Part shown: positions 17,113 through 26,447 of the stretch, in pieces
How the letters are laid out: the number at the start of each line of letters is the position of its first letter
How positions within the stretch are numbered: position 1 is the stretch's first letter
From: Planctomycetota bacterium
Lineage (GTDB): Bacteria > Planctomycetota > Planctomycetia > Planctomycetales > Planctomycetaceae
NCBI GenBank assembly: GCA_021781115.1
Contig: JAJXXL010000591.1
Span: 1-45,940, forward strand
Reading direction: 5' to 3'
DNA length: 45,940 bases
Translations under genes and position numbers: made by a program
Notes under the pieces: generated by a model
Told to the model about the DNA's origin: nothing
Databases searched by the model: none
What the model saw: the letters and a program-made list of their open reading frames with translations, nothing else

Positions 17113-18780
17113 ATGAAAATTGCGCTGGCCCAGTTGAACCCGGTCGTGGGCGACCTGCGGGGCAACATGGCACTTGTCGCCGCCGCCGCCCGCCGCGCCG
17201 CGCTCGCCGGGGCCGACCTGCTGGCAACGTCAGAGCTGCTTGTCAGCGGCTACCCGCCCAAAGACCTGCTGCTTCGCGAAGGTTTTGCCGAGGCGTGCGA
17301 TCGCGCGGTTGCCCAATTGGCCGGCGAGCTTCCCCCGCAAGTTGCGGTACTCGTGGGCCACCCCACGGTTCAGGATATGCCCGCGGGTCGGGTGGCCAAT
17401 GCCGCGAGCCTGCTCTGTGCCGGGCGCATCGCAGGCGTGGCGCAGAAGTGCCTGCTGCCCAACTACGACGTGTTCGACGAACGGCGGTACTTTCTTCCGG
17501 CTGAAAACGCTGCGCCGCTGGCCTTGAGGAACTGGCGACTGGGCGTGCATATTTGCGAAGACGCCTGGTTTGGAGAAGCGGCGACGGCATACCACCTCAA
17601 ACCCGAAAACCGCCGCGACCCGGTTGCCGAACTTGCGGCGGCGGGCGTCGATCTGTTCATCAACCTGTCGGCCAGCCCGTTTGAAATCGACAAGCCGCAT
17701 CGCCGGCTGCAAATCGCTGCCCGCCACGCAACGCGGCACAAGAGGCCTTTCGTGCTGGTGAATCAGGTGGGGGGCAATGACGATCTGGTGTTCGACGGCA
17801 ACAGCCTCGTGGTCGATGACCAGGGGCGCTGCGTTGGCCAACTGGCCCCATTTGAAGAAGATTTCAGGGTGTTCGAACTGCCCGCCGCCCCGCTGCCCCC
17901 TGCGGCAGCCCGACCGCGTGCCGCCGACTTGCTCGACGCCCTTGTACTGGGGCTGCGCGACTACGCCAAAAAATGCGGATTTAAGGATTGCGTGCTGGGC
18001 CTTTCGGGCGGCATCGACAGCGCGGTGGCCGGGTATATCGCGGCGGCAGCGCTGGGGCCGCGGCACGTGCACGGGCTGGCGTTGCCCAGCCGGCACAGCA
18101 GCGACCACAGCGTGGCCGACGCCCGCGCGCTCGCGGAGTCGCTGGAAATTGACTTCCAGATCGTGCCAATCGACGCGGTGCACCGGGCGTATGAAGCTTT
18201 AGACGTCATTGCCGAAGACCTCGCAACGCAACCGGGCGGTCTGGCCGACCAGAACCTGCAAGCCCGCATTCGCGGCGCGGCGGTCATGGTGCGCAGCAAC
18301 CGCCACGGCTGGCTGGCCCTCGCCACGGGCAACAAAAGCGAGCTGGCGGTGGGCTATTGCACACTGTATGGCGACATGGCCGGGGGCTTTGCCGTGCTGG
18401 CCGACGTGTTCAAACGCGACGTGTATGCCGTGGCCCGGTACATCAATGAACAGCGCGAGCGGCGGCCGGTCATACCGGCCGGGTCAATGGAAAAACCTCC
18501 CAGCGCCGAACTGGCGCCGAACCAGTTCGACCAGGATACGCTGCCCCCCTACCCGGTACTCGACGCGATTCTCGAAGGCCTGATTGAGCGCGAAGCGTCG
18601 GTTGCCACATTGTGCCGCGAATTCCCCGCGGAAACGGTGCGGTGGGTTGCCTCGCGGCTGGATCGCAACGAATTCAAACGGCGGCAAATGCCGCCGGGCA
18701 TTAAACTTTCACAGCGGGCGTTTGGCAGCGGCCGCCGCATGCCCATGGCCGCCCGGTTCGATCAATACGACGCCGTCTAG
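17113..18780 (+). CDS. nadE: Glutamine-dependent NAD+ synthetase NadE (CN-hydrolase domain plus NAD synthase domain)
   Basis: 555 aa. N-terminal nitrilase-type domain ([18 protein letters not shown]...ICEDAW) and a C-terminal PP-loop ([11 protein letters not shown]). ...[26 protein letters not shown] is typical of NadE. Confidence 0.95.
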   Translation: MKIALAQLNPVVGDLRGNMALVAAAARRAALAGADLLATSELLVSGYPPKDLLLREGFAEACDRAVAQLAGELPPQVAVLVGHPTVQDMPAGRVANAASLLCAGRIAGVAQKCLLPNYDVFDERRYFLPAENAAPLALRNWRLGVHICEDAWFGEAATAYHLKPENRRDPVAELAAAGVDLFINLSASPFEIDKPHRRLQIAARHATRHKRPFVLVNQVGGNDDLVFDGNSLVVDDQGRCVGQLAPFEEDFRVFELPAAPLPPAAARPRAADLLDALVLGLRDYAKKCGFKDCVLGLSGGIDSAVAGYIAAAALGPRHVHGLALPSRHSSDHSVADARALAESLEIDFQIVPIDAVHRAYEALDVIAEDLATQPGGLADQNLQARIRGAAVMVRSNRHGWLALATGNKSELAVGYCTLYGDMAGGFAVLADVFKRDVYAVARYINEQRERRPVIPAGSMEKPPSAELAPNQFDQDTLPPYPVLDAILEGLIEREASVATLCREFPAETVRWVASRLDRNEFKRRQMPPGIKLSQRAFGSGRRMPMAARFDQYDAV

Positions 18781-18864
18781 CGCGGCGTAACTGTCAATCC
18801 TCTGAAATTTGCCGGCCCCGTACCGGCGTGCATCATCGACACGCATTGACAAGGGTTTGTGTTT

Positions 18865-19719
18865 ATGGCCCCGCCGCTCAATCTGATCGTGGTCGCTGAT
18901 ACGCAAATTCACCGCGTTCGCAGTGCCTGGCCCGAATTGCGGGCATTTCTCGAAAACAGGCAGGTGACGATTTCGGGGGTTGACGACGGCTGCGGAACGG
19001 TGCTGGCCGACTGCCAGGCCGAACTGGCCGTCGTATTGGGTGGCGACGGCGCAATCTTGCGGGCGTGTCGCCAGATGGGCGTACGACAGATGCCGGTGCT
19101 GGGCGTGAACCTCGGCCGGCTCGGTTTTCTGGCCGACCTGTCGCCCGGGGAATTCCGCCGCCAATTTCACGAAATCGAGCAGCGGAACTACAGCGTGGGC
19201 CGATACCTGATGTTTGAGTGCACGCTGACGCGGACCGACGGCACGACCGAATCGCACTTGGGCCTGAATGAAGCGGCGGTTTCTTCAGGCGGCGCCCTGC
19301 GCATGATTGACATGCACCTGGCAATCGACGGCGAGCCGGTGGCCGCCTACAGCGGCGACGGCCTGATCCTGAGCACGCCGATCGGGTCGACGGCGCACAG
19401 CCTGTCGGCCGGCGGGCCGATTCTTGGGCAGGATCTGCAAGCGTTCGTCATTACCCCGATCTGCCCACACACGCTGACAAATCGTCCGCTGGTCGACCAT
19501 GCCGACCGGCTGTACACGGTCACGTTGCCCGCGATTCCTGTGGGGGTCACGCTGGTCATCGATGGGCAAGTTCGCCTGCCGCTGGCTGCGGGCGATCGCA
19601 TTGACGTCCGCAAAGCGGCAGTCAGCTTTCTGATGGCCAAGATACCGCAATGCCGCTATTACGCAACCCTGCATCGCAAGCTGAATTGGGGCGGTCAGCC
19701 GAATTATCACACCGACTGA
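18865..19719 (+). CDS. nadK: NAD kinase
   Basis: GGDG motif (VVLGGDGAILRA), NLGRLGFL motif and DGLILSTPIGSTAHSLSAGGPI. The ATG at 18865 is preferred over the track GTG at 18859. Confidence 0.93.
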   Translation: MAPPLNLIVVADTQIHRVRSAWPELRAFLENRQVTISGVDDGCGTVLADCQAELAVVLGGDGAILRACRQMGVRQMPVLGVNLGRLGFLADLSPGEFRRQFHEIEQRNYSVGRYLMFECTLTRTDGTTESHLGLNEAAVSSGGALRMIDMHLAIDGEPVAAYSGDGLILSTPIGSTAHSLSAGGPILGQDLQAFVITPICPHTLTNRPLVDHADRLYTVTLPAIPVGVTLVIDGQVRLPLAAGDRIDVRKAAVSFLMAKIPQCRYYATLHRKLNWGGQPNYHTD

Positions 19720-19738
19720 CCGCGCTTCCGCACAGGCC

Positions 19739-20962
19739 CTACCAGCCAAAACCGGGCAGATCCTGTCGATCAATCGCAAATGCCCACAGCAAAATGGGCC
19801 GCTCGGCGACGTGATCATTATCGACCGCCACGACCAGCAGCCGCCGGCCGTCGGGCAGGTCGGGGCCGAATGCCAGGCCTTCGAGCTTTTCAGGGAAATC
19901 GGAGCCGGCCAAGCCAAATCGAGGCGCAAGCAGATCGATGAACGGTGTTTTTCGGGCCGGCTTGATGTCGGCAGGAATCTCGCTGGCAGGCAACGTATCG
20001 CGCGACGAAATGTCGGTTGCCCCCTGCAAATCGACCCGGTAGATCCGCTTGTTGACCGCCTCGGCCCCACCCCGCCCGTCGCGCTCGAGCACCAGAAATT
20101 CATGCCCGTTCACAGCGAGAATCTCGCTGACGCCGTTGGCTGTGACGTCGAGCGGGTACAGGAATTCGCGCGTGGAGCCTGATTTCAGATCGAACTCAAT
20201 CACGCGGGTGTTGGTGCCGGTGCGTTTTTTGCCAGGCTGGCTGTCTTGCAGCAGCGGGCGTTGCATGGCAGCAAACAGCTTCAGGCCGTCGGGCGAAATC
20301 GCCAGGCCCTCCAGCCCGCCGTTCGTCTGTCGGCCCGCAGTATTCTTCGCGCTCTCTTCGGCGGGGGTCGCCGCGGGGTGCGCGATCTGAAAACGCCGGG
20401 GCACATTGAGCACGGCGGTGCGGCGGCCCGAGGGGGCAAAGCGATACACGCTGGGACCATACTCGTCAGAAATGAACAACTGGCCCTGGCGATCGATGCG
20501 AATTCCTTCAGGGTCGAACCGCAGGCTTTGCGCGGCGCCGCGCTCGTCAAACGCCCATGCACTGCCCACGAAATTCGCGGCGCGCTCTGTTTGCAACATC
20601 GTGGTGGCAGTAATCTTGGCCGTCAGAGGCGTTGTGCCGCCGGGGTTGGCAATCAATTCGAGCGCGTGAAACCGGCAGCGATATTCGGAATCGCCGTCGT
20701 TCGGGCCGCGGTCGGGCAGCAACAGGTACATGTTGCCGTGACCGGTGTATTCGATGGCCGAGATCCCGCCCAGGCGGTTGTGTGGAATATCGCCCTTGAG
20801 CTTGTCGGTCAGCCCGGAATGATCGGTCGCTTCGCCCGGAAATCGGGCCGTGCCGATCAGTTGAATGTCGGCCCGCAGCACAGCGGGACCGGCTGCCAGA
20901 AACAGTGCCGCGCTGCATAATGTCAAACTGACCGCTCTGCTGGTCGCCAATCTCATCGCCAT
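19739..20962 (-). CDS. Secreted esterase-like/phytase-like beta-propeller family protein
   Basis: Signal peptide MAMRLATSRAVSLTLCSAALFLAAGPAVLRA. Motifs GGISAIEY...LLPDRGPNDG, FDPEGIRIDRQGQLFISDEYGPSVYRF, GLEGLAISPDG and EKLEGLAFGPDLPDGRRLLVVAVDND are typical of the 'esterase-like activity of phytase' family. Start is the ATG at 20962 or 20956 (GGAGA upstream); the track start 21091 is over-extended. Confidence 0.8.
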   Translation of the reverse strand: MAMRLATSRAVSLTLCSAALFLAAGPAVLRADIQLIGTARFPGEATDHSGLTDKLKGDIPHNRLGGISAIEYTGHGNMYLLLPDRGPNDGDSEYRCRFHALELIANPGGTTPLTAKITATTMLQTERAANFVGSAWAFDERGAAQSLRFDPEGIRIDRQGQLFISDEYGPSVYRFAPSGRRTAVLNVPRRFQIAHPAATPAEESAKNTAGRQTNGGLEGLAISPDGLKLFAAMQRPLLQDSQPGKKRTGTNTRVIEFDLKSGSTREFLYPLDVTANGVSEILAVNGHEFLVLERDGRGGAEAVNKRIYRVDLQGATDISSRDTLPASEIPADIKPARKTPFIDLLAPRFGLAGSDFPEKLEGLAFGPDLPDGRRLLVVAVDNDHVAERPILLWAFAIDRQDLPGFGW

Positions 20963-21352
20963 TCTCCGAATCTGAATTAATACGCGTGTTCGAGTTGCAA
21001 TGCACCATGCCAACGGCAGGAGCCCGAAGCAACTGGCCGCGATCAGGCCGCCACAGGAAAGTTGGCAAACCCGCCCTGCGCCGTGTGACATGCTAGTCGA
21101 TGGAAGTGTGCATAGTGTGTGCGTTTGATGAAGGTTCCATGAGGATGGGCCGCCCCACGGCCATTGCGGCCGACACTTCGACGCACCGAGCGCAGGCCCG
21201 ACGATTTCTGCGAATCACGCCGGGTGTCGCATTCCCCTTGTAACGGCTGGTTGCAACGGTCAGAATGATTGAAGGTGGCGGGCCGTCGGCCCCATTCGTA
21301 CAAGTCTCTGACAACACTGCCATCGCGTCATACCCCGGTGCAGGAGCTTTCG

Positions 21353-23224
21353 ATGTCCCGCGCACTTCCTGTTCGGCTGTCTGCGACTGATTCTCTGCGC
21401 ACTGCCGTAGCCCTTGGCGGCTCAGTTTTTCGCCTGGGCTGGTTTCTGCCGCCGTTGGCCGGCGTGCTCTTCGTGCTGCCGCTCGCAACGGCTTGGGCCG
21501 ACGAATCAATCGGAGTGGCGATCGAAGCCGGCAGCGATGAGACGTCGCGTGCGATTGAAGCGGGCATTGTGAAAGCGATGCAAACGCCCGTTGATGTCGA
21601 TTTCAATGAAACCCCGCTGGCTGATGCGTTTCGCACGCTGGGCAACAAGTACGGTGTGCCGTTTGACATTGACGAAACCGCCATCTCAGATGAGGGAATT
21701 CGAACCGACACGCCGATCACGCTGAAATTGAGCGGCGTCACGCTGGGGTCGGTGTTGAAGCTCATGTTGACGTCACTTCAAATGACGACTCTGTGCGAAA
21801 ATGGCGTTGTACGGGTGACAACAACGGTGAAAGCGGGCGAGCGGCTGCAGACGCGCACCTATGACCTGAACGGGTTGCTGCGCGTCGACGACGATCACAA
21901 TGCGATTGTACGCGTGCTGAATGAAGTCATTGAGCCCGACTCATGGTCCGATACCGGCGGGCCGGGTACGATGACAAAAATCCGAAACGGCCTGGTCATT
22001 CGGCAAACCGAGGCCGTCCATGCCAGGATCGACGCGCTGCTGGGCGACCTCGAACGAGTTCTGTCTGTCGCCACGGGGCAACCCCAGCCGCCGCCGGCCA
22101 CGAACCCGGTACACGACCATGACGCGATCATTTACCGCAAGCTGGCCGGTCGCGCCAGCCTCAAATGCGAGGAACAGCCGTTGAAGGACGTGCTGGCAGC
22201 GCTGAGCCGATTTCATGGCGTGCCGATCTGGCTGGATGAAACGGCTATCAGCGACGAGGGGATCCAGACCGACACGCCCATCACGTTCAATCACGAGAAT
22301 TTGCGGCTCGAGCAAATCCTGAACCTGATCTTTGATTCAATGCAGCTCACCTGGGTCGTCGAAGATGAGGTGTTGAAAATTACGTCTTCGGTCAGGGCGA
22401 GTGAAGCCTTGATCACTCGAACCTTCGACGTGCGCGACCTGATTACCGCTGCGGAGCTGCCGGTTCCCGCCTCGAACAGTTATTTTGAAGACGCCAGCGT
22501 TTCCGATACGACTTCAGGATGGTCGGGAATTCCCGTGAAGCGTGGCGTATCGCACGTCCACTGGATTCGTGAACCATCAACCGCAGACCGGCAGTGCACG
22601 GCACTGAAAATCCTGTTGATGGAAACCGTTCAACCTGACACGTGGGCCGACACGGGGGGGCCGGGTTCGATCGATCATGTTGCCGGCGTGCTCATCGTCC
22701 GCCAGACGCAAAGCGTGCATCGCGAAATTGAACAACTGTTGCCGCGATTGCGGCAGGTGTCGCGGCCGGCCGAACCGGCCGACCAGGCTGCGAAAGCCGC
22801 ACCGCGGCTGGACCTCGTCGTCTATCGAATTGGCGGCGACCGTGCGCGCGAGTTGGCGCCGGTCATCGAAGCGGTCATCGCGCCCGAGTCGTGGAACAGG
22901 GATCGCGGCATGATGATGCCGCCCGGCGCGGGGTTGAACAACCGCGGCGGCAAGGGAACCATTCACGGTGTCGAAGGAGCGCTCATCGTTCGGCAAACGC
23001 GCGACGTGCACCAGCAAATCTGGACGTTGATCAACGCCATGCCCGGCATGCGGCTTGATCCGTCAGACATGCCGGCGATGACCAATGACGCGGCGGCGGC
23101 GGCCCAACCCGGCAACGCCGGGGGCAAAGGCCCGCCCGCCTGTTGTTGCTGCCCGGCAAAGCCCCAGCAAAACAAGCCGCCGCCCGCAGACAACGCCAAG
23201 CCGCCCGAACCGAAGACCGATTGA
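21353..23224 (+). CDS. Secreted protein with duplicated secretin-N/STN-like modules and a Pro-rich tail carrying a CCCC motif
   Basis: AGGAG lies 7 nt upstream of the ATG at 21353, and there is a TM/signal segment (WFLPPLAGVLFVLPLATAWA). Module 1 (...FNETPLADAFRTLGNKYGVPFDIDETAISDEGIRTDTPITLKL...VVRVTT) repeats as module 2 (...CEEQPLKDVLAALSRFHGVPIWLDETAISDEGIQTDTPITFNH...VLKITS). Three copies of a W..TGGPG...L(I/V)(I/V)RQT..VH..I..L element are present. The tail reads GKGPPACCCCPAKPQQNKPPP. Confidence 0.7.
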   Translation: MSRALPVRLSATDSLRTAVALGGSVFRLGWFLPPLAGVLFVLPLATAWADESIGVAIEAGSDETSRAIEAGIVKAMQTPVDVDFNETPLADAFRTLGNKYGVPFDIDETAISDEGIRTDTPITLKLSGVTLGSVLKLMLTSLQMTTLCENGVVRVTTTVKAGERLQTRTYDLNGLLRVDDDHNAIVRVLNEVIEPDSWSDTGGPGTMTKIRNGLVIRQTEAVHARIDALLGDLERVLSVATGQPQPPPATNPVHDHDAIIYRKLAGRASLKCEEQPLKDVLAALSRFHGVPIWLDETAISDEGIQTDTPITFNHENLRLEQILNLIFDSMQLTWVVEDEVLKITSSVRASEALITRTFDVRDLITAAELPVPASNSYFEDASVSDTTSGWSGIPVKRGVSHVHWIREPSTADRQCTALKILLMETVQPDTWADTGGPGSIDHVAGVLIVRQTQSVHREIEQLLPRLRQVSRPAEPADQAAKAAPRLDLVVYRIGGDRARELAPVIEAVIAPESWNRDRGMMMPPGAGLNNRGGKGTIHGVEGALIVRQTRDVHQQIWTLINAMPGMRLDPSDMPAMTNDAAAAAQPGNAGGKGPPACCCCPAKPQQNKPPPADNAKPPEPKTD

Positions 23225-23250
23225 CCGGAGAAGGATTCAGAGTTTTTGTG

Positions 23251-23913
23251 TCAGCCCAGCGTTCGCTGGCGAAATTCGCCCGCCTCGTTTGCCTGAAACA
23301 GTTCATTGCAGCCCACGTCGAGGCAGCTCAGCCAGCCGCCACCAAACGCGTACGTATCGATGCAGACCCAACCGGGAAGAACCTTCGGCACACCGTACGG
23401 CTGCGGCGTATGCCCGCAAACCACGCGCTTGCCCGAAGGATGCGGCCGCTCTTTGCCCGTCAGGTGCGTCCAGCGCAACCATTCGGCCGACTGCAGTGCC
23501 AGCTCGACCCCCGGCTGAAGATTCGCATGAACGAACAGTTCGTGTTCGCCCACCCAGTAGTCTTCGCCCGACGCCAGAAACTCAATATGTTCTGCCGGGA
23601 TGTTGCCAGGGTCGCCCTGGTACGACTCCACGGTTTCCAGGCCGCCAACGTCCAGCCATTCGCTCAGCAGGTTGCCGTCGACAAGCACGTCGAGCATCAG
23701 TTCTTCATGATTGCCCAGAATGTATACCAGGTTGCAGCGGCTGCGCATGTCGAGCAGCCGCTCAATGACCTGGCGCGAACCGGGGCCGCGATCGACGATG
23801 TCGCCTAAAATGACAACCGTATCGGCGGCGGCAACCTGCACCCCGGCCAGCAGCGCGTTCAGTGCCGTATTGCAACCATGAATGTCGCCAATGGCAAGGG
23901 TTCGGCCGGCCAA
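23251..23913 (-). CDS. Metallophosphoesterase (Ser/Thr phosphatase / ApaH-like)
   Basis: GDIHG, GDIVDRG and GNHE motifs occur in canonical order; 220 aa. Confidence 0.88.
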   Translation of the reverse strand: MAGRTLAIGDIHGCNTALNALLAGVQVAAADTVVILGDIVDRGPGSRQVIERLLDMRSRCNLVYILGNHEELMLDVLVDGNLLSEWLDVGGLETVESYQGDPGNIPAEHIEFLASGEDYWVGEHELFVHANLQPGVELALQSAEWLRWTHLTGKERPHPSGKRVVCGHTPQPYGVPKVLPGWVCIDTYAFGGGWLSCLDVGCNELFQANEAGEFRQRTLG

Positions 23914-24017
23914 GCAATGTCTTTCACAAAGGGGTCAGCGGCAAGGGTCCGACCGGGCGCACCTTGGCAGCGCGGCAAGCCGCGCACGAAACACGAAACA
24001 CGAGCGAGCCGGCGGCG

Positions 24018-25265
24018 TTACGAGCCGGCGGGCGGCATGATGCGGGCCGGCTGCACGCTCGGCTCGCCCTTGAGCAATTGCTGGCGGGCCTGGGTCTGCT
24101 GGGCCAACCCGTGAATCTTGATAAACCCAACCGCCGTTTCGTGCGGAAATTGATCGCCCGCCTCATACGTGGCCAGTGCCGGGCTGTACAAACTGTAATC
24201 GCTTTTGCGGCCCATGACGTTGCACCCGCCCTTGTACAGTTGCATTCGCACGGCGCCAGTGACAAACCGCTGGTTCTTTTCGACGAACCCCATCAGATCC
24301 TGGTGGAATGCGCTGAACCACAAGCCGTCGTAAATTATGTCGGCGCAAGTCTGACTGACGTAGGTCTTGAATCGCTGGGCCTGCCGGCTGAGTGTCAGAT
24401 ACTCCAGCTCCTGGTGTGCCTTATGCAGGATGATGGCCGCCGGGGCTTCGTAGATTTCGCGGCTCTTGATGCCAACCAGCCGGTTTTCAACATGATCAAC
24501 CCGGCCTACACCGTGGGCCCCGCCCAGCTTGTTCAGTTTCTCGATCAGCGACACACCATCGAGTTTCTCGCCGTCAAGCACCGTGGGGCGGCCCTGGTCG
24601 AACTCGATCACGACTTCGATCGGCGCATCGGGCGCCTGCCGCGGGTCGACCGTCCACTGGTAGGTATCGGCGGGGGGGGCGACCCAGGGGTCTTCGAGCA
24701 CGCCGGCTTCAATCGACCGGCCCCACAAGTTCTGATCGACGCTGTAAATGCTTTGCTTCGTGGCCTGCACTTCAATGCCGTGCTGGGCGGCGTATTCGAG
24801 TTCCTCGGTGCGCGTCCAGTGCCACTCGCGAACCGGGGCAATCACCTTGAGGTGCGGCGCCAGCGTTTGCACCGAAACATCGAACCGCACCTGGTCGTTT
24901 CCCTTGCCGGTGCAGCCGTGGGCCACGGCGACCGCCCCGAATTCTCGGGCGACTTCGACCATTTGCCAGGCAATCAGCGGGCGGCCGAGTGCGGTGGCAA
25001 GCGGGTACTTCCCCTCGTACATCGTGCCCGCCAGCAGCGACGGCCAGACGAAATAATCGACGAACAGGTTCCGCGCGTCTTTGATGACCGCTTCGACCGC
25101 GCCGGTCTTGAGCGCCTTCTGCCGAATGCCCTCCAGCTCGCGCCCCTGGCCCAGGTCACACGTGAACGTAATCACGTCGAGGTTGTATTTTTCCTGAATC
25201 CATTTCACGGCGACCGACGTATCGAGACCGCCGCTATATGCCAGAATGACTTTGTCTCGCGCCAC
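24018..25265 (-). CDS. argG: Argininosuccinate synthase
   Basis: 415 aa. N-terminal KVILAYSGGLDTSV ATP-binding motif, then ...HGCTGKGNDQVRFD... and ...DQNLWGRSIE..., typical of ArgG. Confidence 0.96.
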   Translation of the reverse strand: MARDKVILAYSGGLDTSVAVKWIQEKYNLDVITFTCDLGQGRELEGIRQKALKTGAVEAVIKDARNLFVDYFVWPSLLAGTMYEGKYPLATALGRPLIAWQMVEVAREFGAVAVAHGCTGKGNDQVRFDVSVQTLAPHLKVIAPVREWHWTRTEELEYAAQHGIEVQATKQSIYSVDQNLWGRSIEAGVLEDPWVAPPADTYQWTVDPRQAPDAPIEVVIEFDQGRPTVLDGEKLDGVSLIEKLNKLGGAHGVGRVDHVENRLVGIKSREIYEAPAAIILHKAHQELEYLTLSRQAQRFKTYVSQTCADIIYDGLWFSAFHQDLMGFVEKNQRFVTGAVRMQLYKGGCNVMGRKSDYSLYSPALATYEAGDQFPHETAVGFIKIHGLAQQTQARQQLLKGEPSVQPARIMPPAGS

Positions 25266-25475
25266 AGGTGTTCGTCCTCAATGGTTCAGAAACCGAAAAC
25301 AGATTCGACGCCGGGAATTAATACAACGCCTCAGCCATCGCCGGGGCCGGGCCATGATTATAGCACGCCCCTGCGCCGTGCCAACTGGCCCGCCCCGGCT
25401 GCCGACCCTACTGACACCGCTCCCCTCAACACCTGCGCCGTGGCCCTGATGACTTGCGATTTCAGCCCAAACATT

Positions 25476-25877
25476 TCAAAGGTTGCGAATGTGATTGAAA
25501 TTCACGACCGGCATTTTGCGACGCAATGCTGCCTCATACAAGTCGACATCCGTTGTCAGAAGCCTCCCCTTGTACACGGAATAGTTCAACAGGGTAGCGC
25601 CGGTAAGTCCAAGTCGGGTAAATGCCTGCTGTTTGACGGCTGATTGGCTGGCGATGTCGGTCTCGGCGGTGGAATCGACAATTGCGCGAAATACCTCGAA
25701 ATACTCGGGTTCGCGCCGGTTCTTTAACCTGGCCAACCAGGTTTGAAGCCTCGGTCAACGTATTGGGCGTGACGAACGCCTGGAGCCGCTAGTGCGTGTG
25801 ATGTCGTCTCGCGATGTGCAGCCCGCCACAAGTAGAACCAGCAGGTTCGAATCGAGGATCAGCGGCAGCCCGGTCAA
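25476..25877 (-). pseudogene. PIN-like (VapC-type) nuclease gene disrupted by two frameshifts
   Basis: The TTG at 25877 overlaps the upstream gene's TGA. The N-terminal piece TGLPLILDSNLLVLLVAGCTSRDDITRT lies in one frame. The middle piece (K)RLQAFVTPNTLTEASNLVGQVKEPARTRVF lies in the -1 frame. The C-terminal piece RAIVDSTAETDIASQSAVKQQAFTRLGLTGATLLNYSVYKGRLLTTDVDLYEAALRRKMPVVNFNHIRNL is back in the first frame. The lesions fit a 1-nt deletion near 25790 (act-aag to act-ag) and a 10-nt tandem duplication at 25687-25706 (cgaaatacct|cgaaatactc). The repaired product is about 131 aa with acidic residues placed as in a PIN domain. Confidence 0.6.
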
Positions 25878-26146
25878 CTGACGGTCTGCCGCTCCTTGAC
25901 CGAAAGCACCTGCTGGCTCGGATCGGCGATGCGGACGATCTTGAAGATCCGCCGCGGGAAATCCGGCGGAGACGATACGGGGTTGCGCGGCTCACCCCAA
26001 GGCCGCGAGAACCCGCGCGTTATGACCCATTCCTGGCGTGCTTCATCCCGTTCGACTTCTTCAAGGCCGAGGTGCTTCAACTGCTCGTTCGAAAACAGAT
26101 CAAGAATATGTGCGTTTGAAAGGGCGACTGCCTCATTAACGTTCAA
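25874..26146 (-). CDS. Small conserved-looking hypothetical protein (about 90 aa), candidate partner of the PIN-like gene
   Basis: AAGGAG lies 6 nt upstream of the TTG at 26146. Product reads (M)NVNEAVALSNAHILDLFSNEQLKHLGLEEVERDEARQEWVITRGFSRPWGEPRNPVSSPPDFPRRIFKIVRIADPSQQVLSVKERQTVS. Its stop overlaps the PIN-like start (TTGA). The 5' part of the track ORF (to 26338) is Arg/Gly-rich and unlikely to be coding. Confidence 0.55.
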   Translation of the reverse strand: MNVNEAVALSNAHILDLFSNEQLKHLGLEEVERDEARQEWVITRGFSRPWGEPRNPVSSPPDFPRRIFKIVRIADPSQQVLSVKERQTVS

Positions 26147-26447
26147 ATCGAGCTCCTTTCTGCAACGCGAACCGCACCGTCCCCGGAAATCGTCAACGCG
26201 CGCGGTAATGTCATCATCACCGACCGCCACCGATGTGTCACTTATTAGTTTTCGCAGGCAGTCAGGCTGAACGGCGGCGGCACCTCGCCACTCGGGCTGC
26301 ACGCCATCGCCTGCAACCCCTGAAAACTGGCGAAACACCGACCCCGTTCAATTCTGGCGTGGGGCACGACAAATTCACCACGCTCGCTTATGATATTGAG
26401 CAAGTCAAGCGGTGCGGCTGGCTGCCAACGACCTTCAGGAATTGAAC

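Noticed and set aside
23862-25643. 593-aa plus-strand ORF spanning the whole argG locus
   Set aside because: It lies antisense to an unmistakable argininosuccinate synthase. The product is Arg/Leu/Gly/Pro-rich with no recognisable motif. This is a typical stop-poor shadow frame in high-GC DNA.
25874-26338. 154-aa version of the small gene upstream of the PIN-like pseudogene
   Set aside because: The first 64 codons are Gly/Arg/Asp-rich with no start context. An internal TTG at 26146 has a near-perfect AAGGAG at optimal spacing, and the remaining 91 aa look like a compact domain.
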